A stretch of DNA of 60,131 nt from positions 1 through 60,131 of the forward strand of contig JAUPTX010000003.1 of NCBI GenBank assembly GCA_030917865.1, read 5' to 3'. The position numbers were made by a program, and so were the translations under genes. Source of the DNA: Patescibacteria group bacterium (lineage in GTDB: Bacteria > Patescibacteriota > Minisyncoccia > Phycocordibacterales > CSBR16-119). Below the pieces are notes generated by a model. That model was not told where the DNA came from. It ran no database searches and saw nothing but the letters and a program-made list of their open reading frames with translations. Shown one piece after another: positions 27,170 to 36,707 of the stretch (positions are counted from its first letter, which is position 1; each line of letters begins with the position of its first letter).

Positions 27170-28876
27170 ATGAGTCCCTCATTTAATGAAGAAAAAGAGC
27201 AAAAACAACTCGAAATCCTTCGCCTTGCTGAAGAAGAAGACTTAGCGAAAACCCTCGCAAGCACAAAATACGGAGTTCCTTATATCGATTTAACAAAAGT
27301 TGTCATAGAAAACGAAGCATTAAAAGCTGTTTCAGAGAATGAAGCACGAGAATTTGAAGTTGCTCCGTTTAATATTTCAGGAAAAAAGCTTTTAATAGCC
27401 GTTCGCGCCCCAGAAAGAATGGAGGTTTTAAATTTAAAGAAAACTCTTGAAAACAAAGGGTATAAAGTTATTTTTTTCATGGCTTCTAAAAAAAGTCTTG
27501 AAAAAGTTTGGGAAAGATACCAAGAAATATCCCAAGCAGAAAAAATAAAAGCAGGAAGTCTATCTATTTCCGGAGAAACACTTCTAAAAACAGCTGAAAA
27601 AATAAAAAGCTTGAAAGATATTGAAAAAGAAGTCCAAAATATCAACGATACGACTTCTACTCACAAGATTTCAAAGATTATAGAAATAATTTTCGCTGGA
27701 GCTATCGCACTAAAAGCTTCAGATGTGCACATTGAACCTCAAGAAGGATATGTGGACGTGCGAATCAGACTAGATGGAATTTTGCACGAGGCTCTGAAAA
27801 TAGATGAAAAGACTTACAACCTCATAAATTCTCGTATAAAACTTATCTCAGGACTAAAACTTTCTAAAAACCAAGCACAAGACGGGCGTTTCTCTATCTG
27901 GCTTAACGAATATGAAGTTTCGATGCGTACATCTGTGATCCCCGGTGCATATGGCGAAGGTATCGTAATGCGTCTTCTTAACCCTCAGTCGATAATGGTG
28001 CCGATGGAAGAGCTTGGTATCGAGAAAAAACTTTTCAAGATAATAGAAAGAGAAATAGGAAAACCAAACGGATTAATAATCATAACCGGTCCGACAGGTT
28101 CTGGTAAAACAACAAGTCTTTATACCTTCTTACAAAGAATTTACTCAACTGAAATTAAAATATTAACTATCGAAAACCCGATAGAATACCACTTAGAAGG
28201 TATCACCCAAACACAAACAGATCATAAAAAAGGCTATGGATTCCTGGAAGGACTACGTAGTGCGCTAAGACAAGACCCAGATGTAATCATGGTTGGAGAA
28301 ATCCGAGACGGCGAAACAGCTAAAATTGCAGTTGAGTCGTCGCTTACAGGACACATGGTTTTTTCAACTCTGCACACCAACAACGCCGCTGGAACAATCC
28401 CGCGACTTATAGACCTCGGAGTAAACCCAAAAATCCTCGCCTCTGCCCTTTCGCTTTCCATAGCACAACGTTTAGTAAGAAAACTTTGTAATCATTGTAA
28501 AAAAGAAAGGGTTGTCAGCGCAGAAGAAAACGACATAATAACCAAAGTACTTAAAAATGCTCACGATTTAGGAAAAGATTTGGCTTCGTACGGAGTAGAT
28601 GTAAATCAAAAAATAAAACTTTGGGAGGCTGTCGGATGTGAAAAGTGCAACGGTATCGGATATAAAGGACGTATTGGAATTTTTGAAGCAATTTTGGCAG
28701 ACGAAAAGATTATCGAAATAATGCCCCAAAACCCAAGCGAAGATGAAATAAAAGACATCGCTAAAAGACAAGGAATACTAGACATGAAAGAAGACGGGAT
28801 AGTTAAAGCTGTGGCAGGCATCACTTCTTTAGAAGAAGTAAAAAAATCGGTAGATATTTATGAAGATGTAGAATAA
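27170..28876 (+). CDS. GspE/PulE/PilB family type IV pilus assembly ATPase
   Basis: ASDVHIEP, GPTGSGKTT, LRQDPDVIMVGEIRD, HTN, two CxxC pairs. Confidence 0.95.
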   Translation: MSPSFNEEKEQKQLEILRLAEEEDLAKTLASTKYGVPYIDLTKVVIENEALKAVSENEAREFEVAPFNISGKKLLIAVRAPERMEVLNLKKTLENKGYKVIFFMASKKSLEKVWERYQEISQAEKIKAGSLSISGETLLKTAEKIKSLKDIEKEVQNINDTTSTHKISKIIEIIFAGAIALKASDVHIEPQEGYVDVRIRLDGILHEALKIDEKTYNLINSRIKLISGLKLSKNQAQDGRFSIWLNEYEVSMRTSVIPGAYGEGIVMRLLNPQSIMVPMEELGIEKKLFKIIEREIGKPNGLIIITGPTGSGKTTSLYTFLQRIYSTEIKILTIENPIEYHLEGITQTQTDHKKGYGFLEGLRSALRQDPDVIMVGEIRDGETAKIAVESSLTGHMVFSTLHTNNAAGTIPRLIDLGVNPKILASALSLSIAQRLVRKLCNHCKKERVVSAEENDIITKVLKNAHDLGKDLASYGVDVNQKIKLWEAVGCEKCNGIGYKGRIGIFEAILADEKIIEIMPQNPSEDEIKDIAKRQGILDMKEDGIVKAVAGITSLEEVKKSVDIYEDVE

Positions 28877-28917
28877 ATCAAAAGGGCGGCACGCGAAGCG
28901 TGCCGCCCTTTTGATTT
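28875..28917. terminator. REP-like bidirectional hairpin
   Basis: aaatcaaaagggcggcacgc-gaa-gcgtgccgcccttttgattt. Confidence 0.78.
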
Positions 28918-28923
28918 AATTTT

Positions 28924-29095
28924 AAAGATCCACAAACCTCCAAATAATCCTTTTTCCTGCAAAACAGGAAAAGTAATGGAATCTCAAAGGATAGTCGCAG
29001 TAACTCCCACTCAAGGTGGGTAACCATTACGTCCTTTTCAAAGCCATATAGACATTGCCTGATTACTTAGAGGTTTGTGAACCCTTTCAAAGAAG
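28924..29095 (-). ncRNA. ssrS: Probable 6S RNA
   Basis: ~26-bp closing stem (28924-28949 with 29061-29087), central bubble with a 3' hairpin TTTTCCTG/CAGGAAAA, inner stem GTAATGG/CCATTAC; TTTACA-17-TACATT promoter at 29102-29130. Confidence 0.65.
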
Positions 29096-29282
29096 ACCTA
29101 TAATGTATCAAAGACAAAATATATTGTAAAGTCCTTTTAAATTTTCTTTAAAAAGTCTTTTATATTTCAGTCCTTTAAAACATCAAATTCCTTTATTTTT
29201 AAACAAAAAATCACAAAAGTGATATAATGTTTTCAAGGTATTTAATTTACTTACTTCAAAAGTGTAGCATATAAAAACAATT

Positions 29283-30275
29283 ATGTCAAGTGATAATCCA
29301 AAAAACGAAGAAATTAAAAATGACAGCTTTTTAGACAGTACTCTACGCCCACAAAGATGGGATGAATATATCGGACAAGAAAAGATTAAACAGAATTTAA
29401 AAATTTTGATTCAAGCTGCCGAAGAAAGAAATCATGTTCCTGAACACATATTGTTTCATGGACCTCCGGGACTTGGAAAAACAACTCTCGCACACTTGAT
29501 CGCCCGTGAAGCTGGGAAACAGATGAAAATAACGTCAGGCCCAGCAATAGAAAAGGTTGGAGACTTGGCATCAATCCTGACAAACCTTTCACCTGGAGAT
29601 ATTTTGTTCATCGACGAAATTCACAGATTAAACAAAATGGTTGAAGAGGTTCTCTATCCTGCGATGGAGTCCGGAGTTCTAGATATTATTATAGGCAAAG
29701 GCCCATCCGCCAGAACAATTCAACTCGACCTGCCACCTTTTACACTTATCGCAGCAACGACTCGCCCAGCGATGATATCTTCTCCGCTTCGATCACGTTT
29801 CTCAGGCGGGGTTCACAGACTAGAATTCTATACAAACGATGAGATGAAAGAGATTGTGAAACGAGCAAGTAAAATCTTGGGAACAGATGCAGAAACAGAA
29901 GCAATCGAAGAAATCTCTAAAAGAGCTCGTTTCACACCAAGAACTGCCAACTATTTCCTAAAACGTGCGCGAGATTACGCACAAATAAACAAAGAAAGTC
30001 TGACAAAAGAAAATGTCCGTAAGGCTCTCGATCTTTTAGGGGTGGATGATGTAGGACTTTTTGAATCAGACAGAGTATTATTAAGGACAATAATAGAAAA
30101 ATTTAATGGCGGACCTGTCGGACTCGGAACACTAGCAGCGGCAACAAGCGAAGACGAAGCGACAATAGAAGAAGTTATTGAACCATATTTAATACAACTC
30201 GGTCTTTTAGAAAGAACACCACGCGGACGAACCGCCACAGAAAAAGCTTACGGACATTTAGGGATAAATAAATAA
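29283..30275 (+). CDS. ruvB: Holliday junction branch migration helicase RuvB
   Basis: LRPQ..DEYIGQ, GPPGLGKTTLA, FIDEIHRL, EPYLIQLG...RTPRGR. Confidence 0.98.
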   Translation: MSSDNPKNEEIKNDSFLDSTLRPQRWDEYIGQEKIKQNLKILIQAAEERNHVPEHILFHGPPGLGKTTLAHLIAREAGKQMKITSGPAIEKVGDLASILTNLSPGDILFIDEIHRLNKMVEEVLYPAMESGVLDIIIGKGPSARTIQLDLPPFTLIAATTRPAMISSPLRSRFSGGVHRLEFYTNDEMKEIVKRASKILGTDAETEAIEEISKRARFTPRTANYFLKRARDYAQINKESLTKENVRKALDLLGVDDVGLFESDRVLLRTIIEKFNGGPVGLGTLAAATSEDEATIEEVIEPYLIQLGLLERTPRGRTATEKAYGHLGINK

Positions 30276-30276
30276 C

Positions 30277-30798
30277 ATGGGATCAACACATAAAAAATTA
30301 GGAAAAATAGCAGACAATAACGAGAAAAAGTCGAAAATATTTTCGAACTTAGTAAAACTTATTCAAATGGAAGCAAAGAAAGCTGGAGGAAATCTAAGTT
30401 CGCCAGGCCTCAGAGCGGCAATCGAAAAAGCAAGGAAAGAAAATATGCCAAGCGATAATATCGAACGCGCAATAAAGAAAGCATCTGAAGGAGGTGCGGC
30501 CTTAGAGCCTGTGATGTTTGAAGCATATGGACCAGGAGGCGTGGCGATGATTATCACAGCGCTAACCGACAACAACAACAGAACAAGCCAGGAAATAAAG
30601 CACATTCTTTCTAAAAACGGCGCGTCGCTCGGAGGACCTGGATCTGTGGCCTGGAATTTTACCAAGAACACTGAAGGTGTGTGGACGCCAAACATGACAA
30701 CACGAGCGAGCGAAGAAGATTTAGAAAAACTTTCTATAATAGTAGAGACCCTAGAAGCACACGATGATGTTCAGGATGTTTATACGAGTGTGGAGTAG
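30277..30798 (+). CDS. yebC: YebC/PmpR family protein, shortened (173 aa)
   Basis: NMP.DNIERAIKK, EAYGPGGVA, TDNNNRT, LE..DDVQ.VY. Confidence 0.9.
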   Translation: MGSTHKKLGKIADNNEKKSKIFSNLVKLIQMEAKKAGGNLSSPGLRAAIEKARKENMPSDNIERAIKKASEGGAALEPVMFEAYGPGGVAMIITALTDNNNRTSQEIKHILSKNGASLGGPGSVAWNFTKNTEGVWTPNMTTRASEEDLEKLSIIVETLEAHDDVQDVYTSVE

Positions 30799-30816
30799 GT
30801 AAATTAAAATTTTAGA

Positions 30817-31296
30817 ATGATAATACTTTCAATAGATCCAGGATATGAGCGGATTGGGGTTGCTGTTTTGGAGAAAAACCAAGGCGACCGAAAAGAAAAG
30901 GTTTTATATTCAAACTGTTTTAAAACTTCATCCAAGCTTCCGCTCGCGGAAAGGATTTTTTTGATTGGAAAGGAAATCGAAGATGTGATTAAAAAATATT
31001 CTCCGAAAGCTCTGTCTATAGAAAAGCTATATTTTGAAAACAATGCAAAGACGGCGATGGGTGTGGCGGAAGCGCGCGGAGTGATAATCTACATCGCAAA
31101 AAGTTTTGAGTTAAGTGTTTTTGAATACACACCACTGCAAATAAAAAGTGCGGTGACAGGATACGGAAAAGCCGACAAGGGTGCAGTGCATATGATGGTT
31201 CACAAATTGGTAGAACTTCCAAAAGAAGTTAAACAAGACGATGAAATAGACGCCATCGCTGTCGGGATCACCTGCTTTGCATGTGAAAGATTTTAA
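30817..31296 (+). CDS. ruvC: Crossover junction endodeoxyribonuclease RuvC
   Basis: SIDPG, IEKLYF, VAEARG, EYTP.QIK..VTGYG.A.K, DD..DA.A. Confidence 0.96.
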   Translation: MIILSIDPGYERIGVAVLEKNQGDRKEKVLYSNCFKTSSKLPLAERIFLIGKEIEDVIKKYSPKALSIEKLYFENNAKTAMGVAEARGVIIYIAKSFELSVFEYTPLQIKSAVTGYGKADKGAVHMMVHKLVELPKEVKQDDEIDAIAVGITCFACERF

Positions 31297-31383
31297 GTTT
31301 CCCCAACAATCTTTTTAGGGTATTGCCAAAGAAAAAGCTTTCTGCTAAAAATAGCGTAATTATAATAATCAATTTAAAAACAC

Positions 31384-31593
31384 ATGGGACACGATGATTT
31401 ACTTGGGGAAGATTTGTTTGCAAGTGAGTTAGATGATGATCTGCTCGTGGGGGCGGATTTACCAGAGGAAGATGTACTTGATCCGTTTTTAGAAGATGAC
31501 GAGCTTGCAGCAGAAGATGACGAGCTTGGTTTGGGTGAAGATGAAGATGATATTGGATACGATGGAGGATATAATCCAGATGAGTGGAATTAA
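31384..31593 (+). CDS. Small hyper-acidic protein
   Basis: 69 aa, 29 D/E, no K/R; followed by a strong hairpin terminator. Confidence 0.65.
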   Translation: MGHDDLLGEDLFASELDDDLLVGADLPEEDVLDPFLEDDELAAEDDELGLGEDEDDIGYDGGYNPDEWN

Positions 31594-31702
31594 TTAAATA
31601 CAAATAGGGGGCGGGCCTTCGGCCCGCCCCCTATTTGTATATATCATATTTGACAAAAAATCTTATTATGTTATCGTGAAGTCGAACCAATTCACCTAAA
31701 CA

Positions 31703-32203
31703 ATGAACAAGAAAGTGAAAAGCCTTCTAGTTTTCTGGGTGATGACGATCTTTATCACCCTTTCGAATTCTTGCAATTCAAGCAATAAAGATAAGCAAGG
31801 ATTTAACCCTTTTGTTGGGTCACATCCTTCTCGTGTATACGACATGTACGACATCACAAAGTACGCAACTGCCTCCCATCACGAGAAGACCATTAGAAAG
31901 ATCCTTCTTAGGATGCCCAAAATGAGAACTGTGCATGATGTGCATAAGTATATTAAGATGAAGGCACCCAGAAGTCCTGTCACAGGGCAAATGGTTGTAG
32001 CATCAGCTAAGAAGTACGGAGCAGATGTGCACATGATGCTGGCAATCATGCAGATGGATTCCCATTTTGGAACGAAGGGGCTAGGAGCAAGAACGAAAAA
32101 CCCTGGAAACGTTGGAAACGATGGGAAAAGAAGGAGATACTATTCTTCTTGGCAAGACGGAGTGCACGCTGTTGCACACTGGATTGCCAGAAAGAAAAAG
32201 TGA
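31703..32203 (+). CDS. Lipoprotein with a lysozyme-fold glucosaminidase-like (GH73-like) domain
   Basis: Lipobox-like LSNSC; AKKYG.D..MMLAIMQMDSHFGT, NPGNV, YSSWQDGV. Confidence 0.65.
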   Translation: MNKKVKSLLVFWVMTIFITLSNSCNSSNKDKQGFNPFVGSHPSRVYDMYDITKYATASHHEKTIRKILLRMPKMRTVHDVHKYIKMKAPRSPVTGQMVVASAKKYGADVHMMLAIMQMDSHFGTKGLGARTKNPGNVGNDGKRRRYYSSWQDGVHAVAHWIARKKK

Positions 32204-32235
32204 AATGGCCGGGCGAATGCCCGGCCATTTTTCGT

Positions 32236-33432
32236 TTACCTCACAACAATCCTCACAAAATCTTTTTTACCGTATTTTAAGGTTATATCTTTTTCAAGAA
32301 CAATATCTGAAGACAAAACTTCTCCAGTCTCCATATTTTTTATCGCACCTCCGTTAATTCTTCTATTAAATTCTGAGATTGATGGTAGAAGTTTTGCCAA
32401 ACTAAATACGATTTTTAAACTACTACCTTTTGCTGCATTGATTTCTTTCAAATCTTCTGGGATTTCTTTTTTAGAAAAAGTATTTTGCCAAAACTCTTCT
32501 GCCTTTTCTGCCTTTTTCTGATCGTGATACATCTTGGTTATCTCAAAAGCAAGTTTTTGTTTTATATCTTTTGGGTTAAATCCTAAAGATAGAGACTTTT
32601 CGTGCTCCGCCACCATTTCCATCGGAACACGAGTTAGAAGTTTAAAGTATGGAATTATTAAATCATCAGACATAGACATTATTTTTCCATACATTTCATT
32701 TGGTTCATCTAGGAAATTTATTGTGTTTCCCCAAGAAGAACTCATTTTTCTACCATCGAGACCTTCTATTATTTTTGTCATTACGATATCTTGAGGATTC
32801 TGGCCGACTTCTTTTTGCATATCGCGTCCAGCCAAAAGATTAAACTTTTGATCTGTGCCACCGAGCTCAACATCGGCTTTTATTGCGACAGAATCGTAGC
32901 CTTGCATAAGAGGATACAAAACCTCACGCAAAGAAACTCGTTTACCTTCTTTTAGTCTTTTGGCGATATTTTCTCTTGAGATAAATTGATTTATAGAAAA
33001 GATATTTGCGTGCTCTCCCACTTCTTTGTATCCAAGCTTTTTAAGCCATTTGCTGTTTTGGTGGAATTCACACTTTTTCAAATCAATAATTTTACCAACT
33101 TGTTTTTTGTAGTTTTTTAAATTTTGTTTAATTATTTTTTCTGTGAGCATTGGTCGTTCTGAATCTTTATCGGAAGTATCTCCGATAATCCCAGTAAAAT
33201 CCCCTGCAATAAAAACAACCTTGTGTCCTAGATCCTGAAAATCTTTTAGTTTCAAGAGTGGAATAGATCTTCCCAAGTGAATGTTTGGACTTGTTGGATC
33301 AATACCTAATTTGATTCGAAGCTGTTTTCCGGAAAGTAATTTTTTCTTTAAATTTTCTTTATCGATAACCTCCTCGACGCCACGAGTTAAAAGTTCTTCT
33401 ATTTTCTTTTCATCTTTTATTATTTTCGCCAT
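32236..33432 (-). CDS. tyrS: Tyrosine--tRNA ligase
   Basis: GIDPT..NIHLG, YPLMQGYD, GGTDQKFN, KMSSS, C-terminal S4-like domain. Confidence 0.97.
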   Translation of the reverse strand: MAKIIKDEKKIEELLTRGVEEVIDKENLKKKLLSGKQLRIKLGIDPTSPNIHLGRSIPLLKLKDFQDLGHKVVFIAGDFTGIIGDTSDKDSERPMLTEKIIKQNLKNYKKQVGKIIDLKKCEFHQNSKWLKKLGYKEVGEHANIFSINQFISRENIAKRLKEGKRVSLREVLYPLMQGYDSVAIKADVELGGTDQKFNLLAGRDMQKEVGQNPQDIVMTKIIEGLDGRKMSSSWGNTINFLDEPNEMYGKIMSMSDDLIIPYFKLLTRVPMEMVAEHEKSLSLGFNPKDIKQKLAFEITKMYHDQKKAEKAEEFWQNTFSKKEIPEDLKEINAAKGSSLKIVFSLAKLLPSISEFNRRINGGAIKNMETGEVLSSDIVLEKDITLKYGKKDFVRIVVR

Positions 33433-33555
33433 AACAAACAGATTTTATCATTTTGTCGGGTTTTGGTAAATTATTGATTTTTTATAACAAAAAGGTAATA
33501 TGCTTTCCACCTTTTCGTCTCTATACATACTGACGAAATTCATATTTCTGTTAAT

Positions 33556-36096
33556 ATGAAAGTAATGATAAAAAAACTTAAACATAAGGTAAAAAACATA
33601 AAAAACCACAAGCATCATTTTTTAAATGCTGGTCTTGTTTTTTTAGTTTTAGGGATATTATTAGTAAGTATTAGTATTATTTGGGTCGCAACATTAAGAG
33701 TTCCAGACTTTAGATCTTTCGATGAAAGAAAGGTTGCAAGATCAACAAAAATCTACGACAGAAATGAAGAACTTTTGTTCGACATACATCAAGACATAAA
33801 AAGAACGGTTATCCCATTTGAAGAAATGGGAGACGCTATAAAAGACGCAACCCTGGCTATCGAAGACAAAGATTTCTATAAACACAAAGGTGTTCAGCCG
33901 AGAGCTTTTATAAGAGCCGTTGTTGTAAATATAAAGTCTGGAAGCTTTTCTCAGGGAGGATCAACAATAACTCAACAAGTTGTTAAGAACTCTCTTCTAA
34001 CAAACGAAAAAAGAATTTCTAGAAAGCTAAAAGAATGGTTTTTGGCTTTGAAACTTGAAAAAGAAATGTCAAAAGACGAAATTTTGGCAACATATTTAAA
34101 CGAGATACCCTATGGAGGAAATATTTATGGTGTAAAAGAAGCTGCTAATTATTTCTTTAGTAAAAACCCGGCTGATTTAACTATTGCCGAAGCTGCTTAT
34201 ATGGCGGCTGTTCCAAAAGCTCCTACTTTTTATTCTCCTTATGGAAAAAACAGAGAGTTGTTAGATGAACGAAAAAATGTTGTTCTGGCTCAAATGTTTG
34301 ACCAAGGAAGAATAACAGAAGAAGAATACAATCAAGCTAAAGAAGAAGTGGTAGAATTTCTTCCTCAAGGACGTTTTGCAATAAAAGCTCCGCACTTCGT
34401 CTTCTATGTTCGAGAATACTTGGAACAAAAATACGGAAAAGATGCAGTAGAATCTGGAGGTCTTCGTGTTATTACTTCTCTTGATTATGAACTACAGCAA
34501 AAAGCTGAAGCTGTTGTATATAAACATGCAAAAGAAAACGAAGAATTATGGAATGCTTCAAACGCCAGCCTTGTGGCCGTTAATCCAAAAACTGGTGAAA
34601 TTTTAACAATGGTTGGATCAAGAAACTATTTTGATGAAGAAATAGACGGTAAATTCAATATCGCAACTGCTAAAAGACAACCAGGTTCATCTTTTAAGCC
34701 GTTTATATATGCAACGGCGATGACAAAAGGATTCACTCCAAACTCTGTACTTTTTGACACAAAAACAGAGTTTCAAACAACGTGTAGTCCGGAAGGAAGG
34801 GCTTTGTCTGGAAGCCAAGCAGACTGTTATATGCCGGTAAACTATGACGACGAATATAAAGGACCAGTAACTCTACGACAAGCTCTAGGTGAATCTAGAA
34901 ACGTTCCAGCTGTTAAACTTTTATATCTAACAACAATAAACGATTCTCTTAGATTAGCTAAAAATATGGGTATTAAAACTTTAGCTGATGCAAACCAATA
35001 CGGACTAACTTTAGTACTTGGAGGTGGTGAAGTAACACTACTAGACATGACATCTGCGTATGGAGTTTTTGCAACAGAAGGAATAAGACATGAACCTGTT
35101 TCAATATTAAAAGTTGAGGACGCAAATGGAAATGTACTCGAAGAATATACAGGAAGTAGAGGTCAAAGTGTTCTGGATGCAAACTCTGCAAGACTTATAT
35201 CAGACATGTTAAAAGACAATCAAGCCAGAACTCCGTTGTTTGGATCAAATTCTTTCCTTTATTTTGGTTCTAAAGATGTGGCTGGTAAAACAGGAACAAC
35301 AAACAACAACAGAGACGCATGGATGGTTGGGTATACGCCAGATCTTGTTGTTGGTGTTTGGTCTGGAAACAACGACAACACTCCGATGAAAAAAGGTTCT
35401 GCAATATCTGGAAGACTTTGGAGAGAGTTCATGGATTTTGCCCTAACAAAAACTCCAAGCAACTCTTTCACTCCGCCTTTTATAAACGAATCTTTGGATT
35501 TAAAGCCGATTCTTAGAGGAAACTGGCTTGGTGGAGAAAGTGTTTTAATTGATTCAATAAGCGGTAAACTTGCAACAGAATTAACCCCGCTAGAAACGAC
35601 CAAAGAATTAACTGTCACGAAGGTACACAACGAACTTCACTGGATAGATAGATTAAACCCAACAGGACCTAATCCAGTAAATCCAGGTGGAAGACAATAT
35701 GAAAATTGGGAATTCTCTGTACAAAGATGGTGGAACCAAAATAAAAATAGATTTGAGACAATAACAGAAGATGACATTCCTACAGGATACGATAATGTAC
35801 ACACTGAAGAAAAAATGCCTGAAATTAAAATAACCAATCCTGATTCTTCTTCAGTTTATGGTTACAGCGACGAAATAAATGTTCAAGTAGATATTAAAAA
35901 TACATATCCGATTGAATCATTTGATGTCTTTATAAATGATGTATATATGGGATCTGTTAAAAACTCAAACTTTAATTATTCTTTCAAACCAGACCAGATA
36001 GAAAATATTAAAAGTTTAAATCAGTTAAAGATTATAGTTAGAGATAATGTTTACAATAAGGCCGAAGATATTATTAATTTTTCTGTAGATATTTAA
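33556..36096 (+). CDS. Class A penicillin-binding protein (PBP1A family) with a C-terminal Ig-like domain
   Basis: EDKDFYKHKG, GGSTITQQVVKN, RKLKE, QPGSSFK, SRN, KTGTT. Confidence 0.95.
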   Translation: MKVMIKKLKHKVKNIKNHKHHFLNAGLVFLVLGILLVSISIIWVATLRVPDFRSFDERKVARSTKIYDRNEELLFDIHQDIKRTVIPFEEMGDAIKDATLAIEDKDFYKHKGVQPRAFIRAVVVNIKSGSFSQGGSTITQQVVKNSLLTNEKRISRKLKEWFLALKLEKEMSKDEILATYLNEIPYGGNIYGVKEAANYFFSKNPADLTIAEAAYMAAVPKAPTFYSPYGKNRELLDERKNVVLAQMFDQGRITEEEYNQAKEEVVEFLPQGRFAIKAPHFVFYVREYLEQKYGKDAVESGGLRVITSLDYELQQKAEAVVYKHAKENEELWNASNASLVAVNPKTGEILTMVGSRNYFDEEIDGKFNIATAKRQPGSSFKPFIYATAMTKGFTPNSVLFDTKTEFQTTCSPEGRALSGSQADCYMPVNYDDEYKGPVTLRQALGESRNVPAVKLLYLTTINDSLRLAKNMGIKTLADANQYGLTLVLGGGEVTLLDMTSAYGVFATEGIRHEPVSILKVEDANGNVLEEYTGSRGQSVLDANSARLISDMLKDNQARTPLFGSNSFLYFGSKDVAGKTGTTNNNRDAWMVGYTPDLVVGVWSGNNDNTPMKKGSAISGRLWREFMDFALTKTPSNSFTPPFINESLDLKPILRGNWLGGESVLIDSISGKLATELTPLETTKELTVTKVHNELHWIDRLNPTGPNPVNPGGRQYENWEFSVQRWWNQNKNRFETITEDDIPTGYDNVHTEEKMPEIKITNPDSSSVYGYSDEINVQVDIKNTYPIESFDVFINDVYMGSVKNSNFNYSFKPDQIENIKSLNQLKIIVRDNVYNKAEDIINFSVDI

Positions 36097-36097
36097 T

Positions 36098-36415
36098 ATG
36101 GGTTGGGTAATTCCTCTTTTAATTTTAGTTTTATTAGAAGCGTCTGCTGATATATTGGCAAAAACTTGGCAAATAAAAAGTATTTGGTTTTGGGCCGCTG
36201 CAGCACTGGTTGCATATTTATTAGCTAACATGTTTTGGCTTTTATCTCTTAAAAACGGAGCAGGTTTAGCAAAAGGAGCGGTTTTGTTTTCTATAATGTC
36301 AGCAATTCTTGCAGTTATAATAGGTGTTGTATTCTATAAGGAACAAATAACTCAAATTCAATTAATAGGTCTCATTATAGGAATAATCGCAATTGCATTA
36401 ATATTCTGGGAATAA
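36098..36415 (+). CDS. SMR/DMT superfamily small membrane protein (4 TM)
   Basis: Membrane-embedded Glu in TM1 (LLEASAD), GVVFYKEQIT..QLIGL. Confidence 0.7.
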   Translation: MGWVIPLLILVLLEASADILAKTWQIKSIWFWAAAALVAYLLANMFWLLSLKNGAGLAKGAVLFSIMSAILAVIIGVVFYKEQITQIQLIGLIIGIIAIALIFWE

Positions 36416-36448
36416 ATAAAATAAAAACACCCGAACTTCGGGTGTTTT

Positions 36449-36706
36449 TTATTTAATGTCTTTTATAGTTTTATCAATCCCCTGTTTTTTAATCTCCTTT
36501 AAAATAAAATTCTTTTGTAAATTTATTTCTGCTTTTATATAAGGATTTGCCTTTATAAATATAGTTTCTTTTTTAAAATCTAAGTCTTTTGAATTTAGAC
36601 TTAAATTAAGTTTTTTATTTATAACATTTAAAATTATGTCTTTTTCTCCATGACTTTTAAGAATCTTATTTTGAATTTCTTTTAAAAGACTATTTATATC
36701 AGACAT
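36449..36706 (-). CDS. Hypothetical protein, possibly DciA/DUF721-like
   Basis: 85 aa, immediately downstream of dnaN; pattern TIFIKANPYIKAEINLQKNFILKEI. Confidence 0.45.
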   Translation of the reverse strand: MSDINSLLKEIQNKILKSHGEKDIILNVINKKLNLSLNSKDLDFKKETIFIKANPYIKAEINLQKNFILKEIKKQGIDKTIKDIK

Positions 36707-36707
36707 T

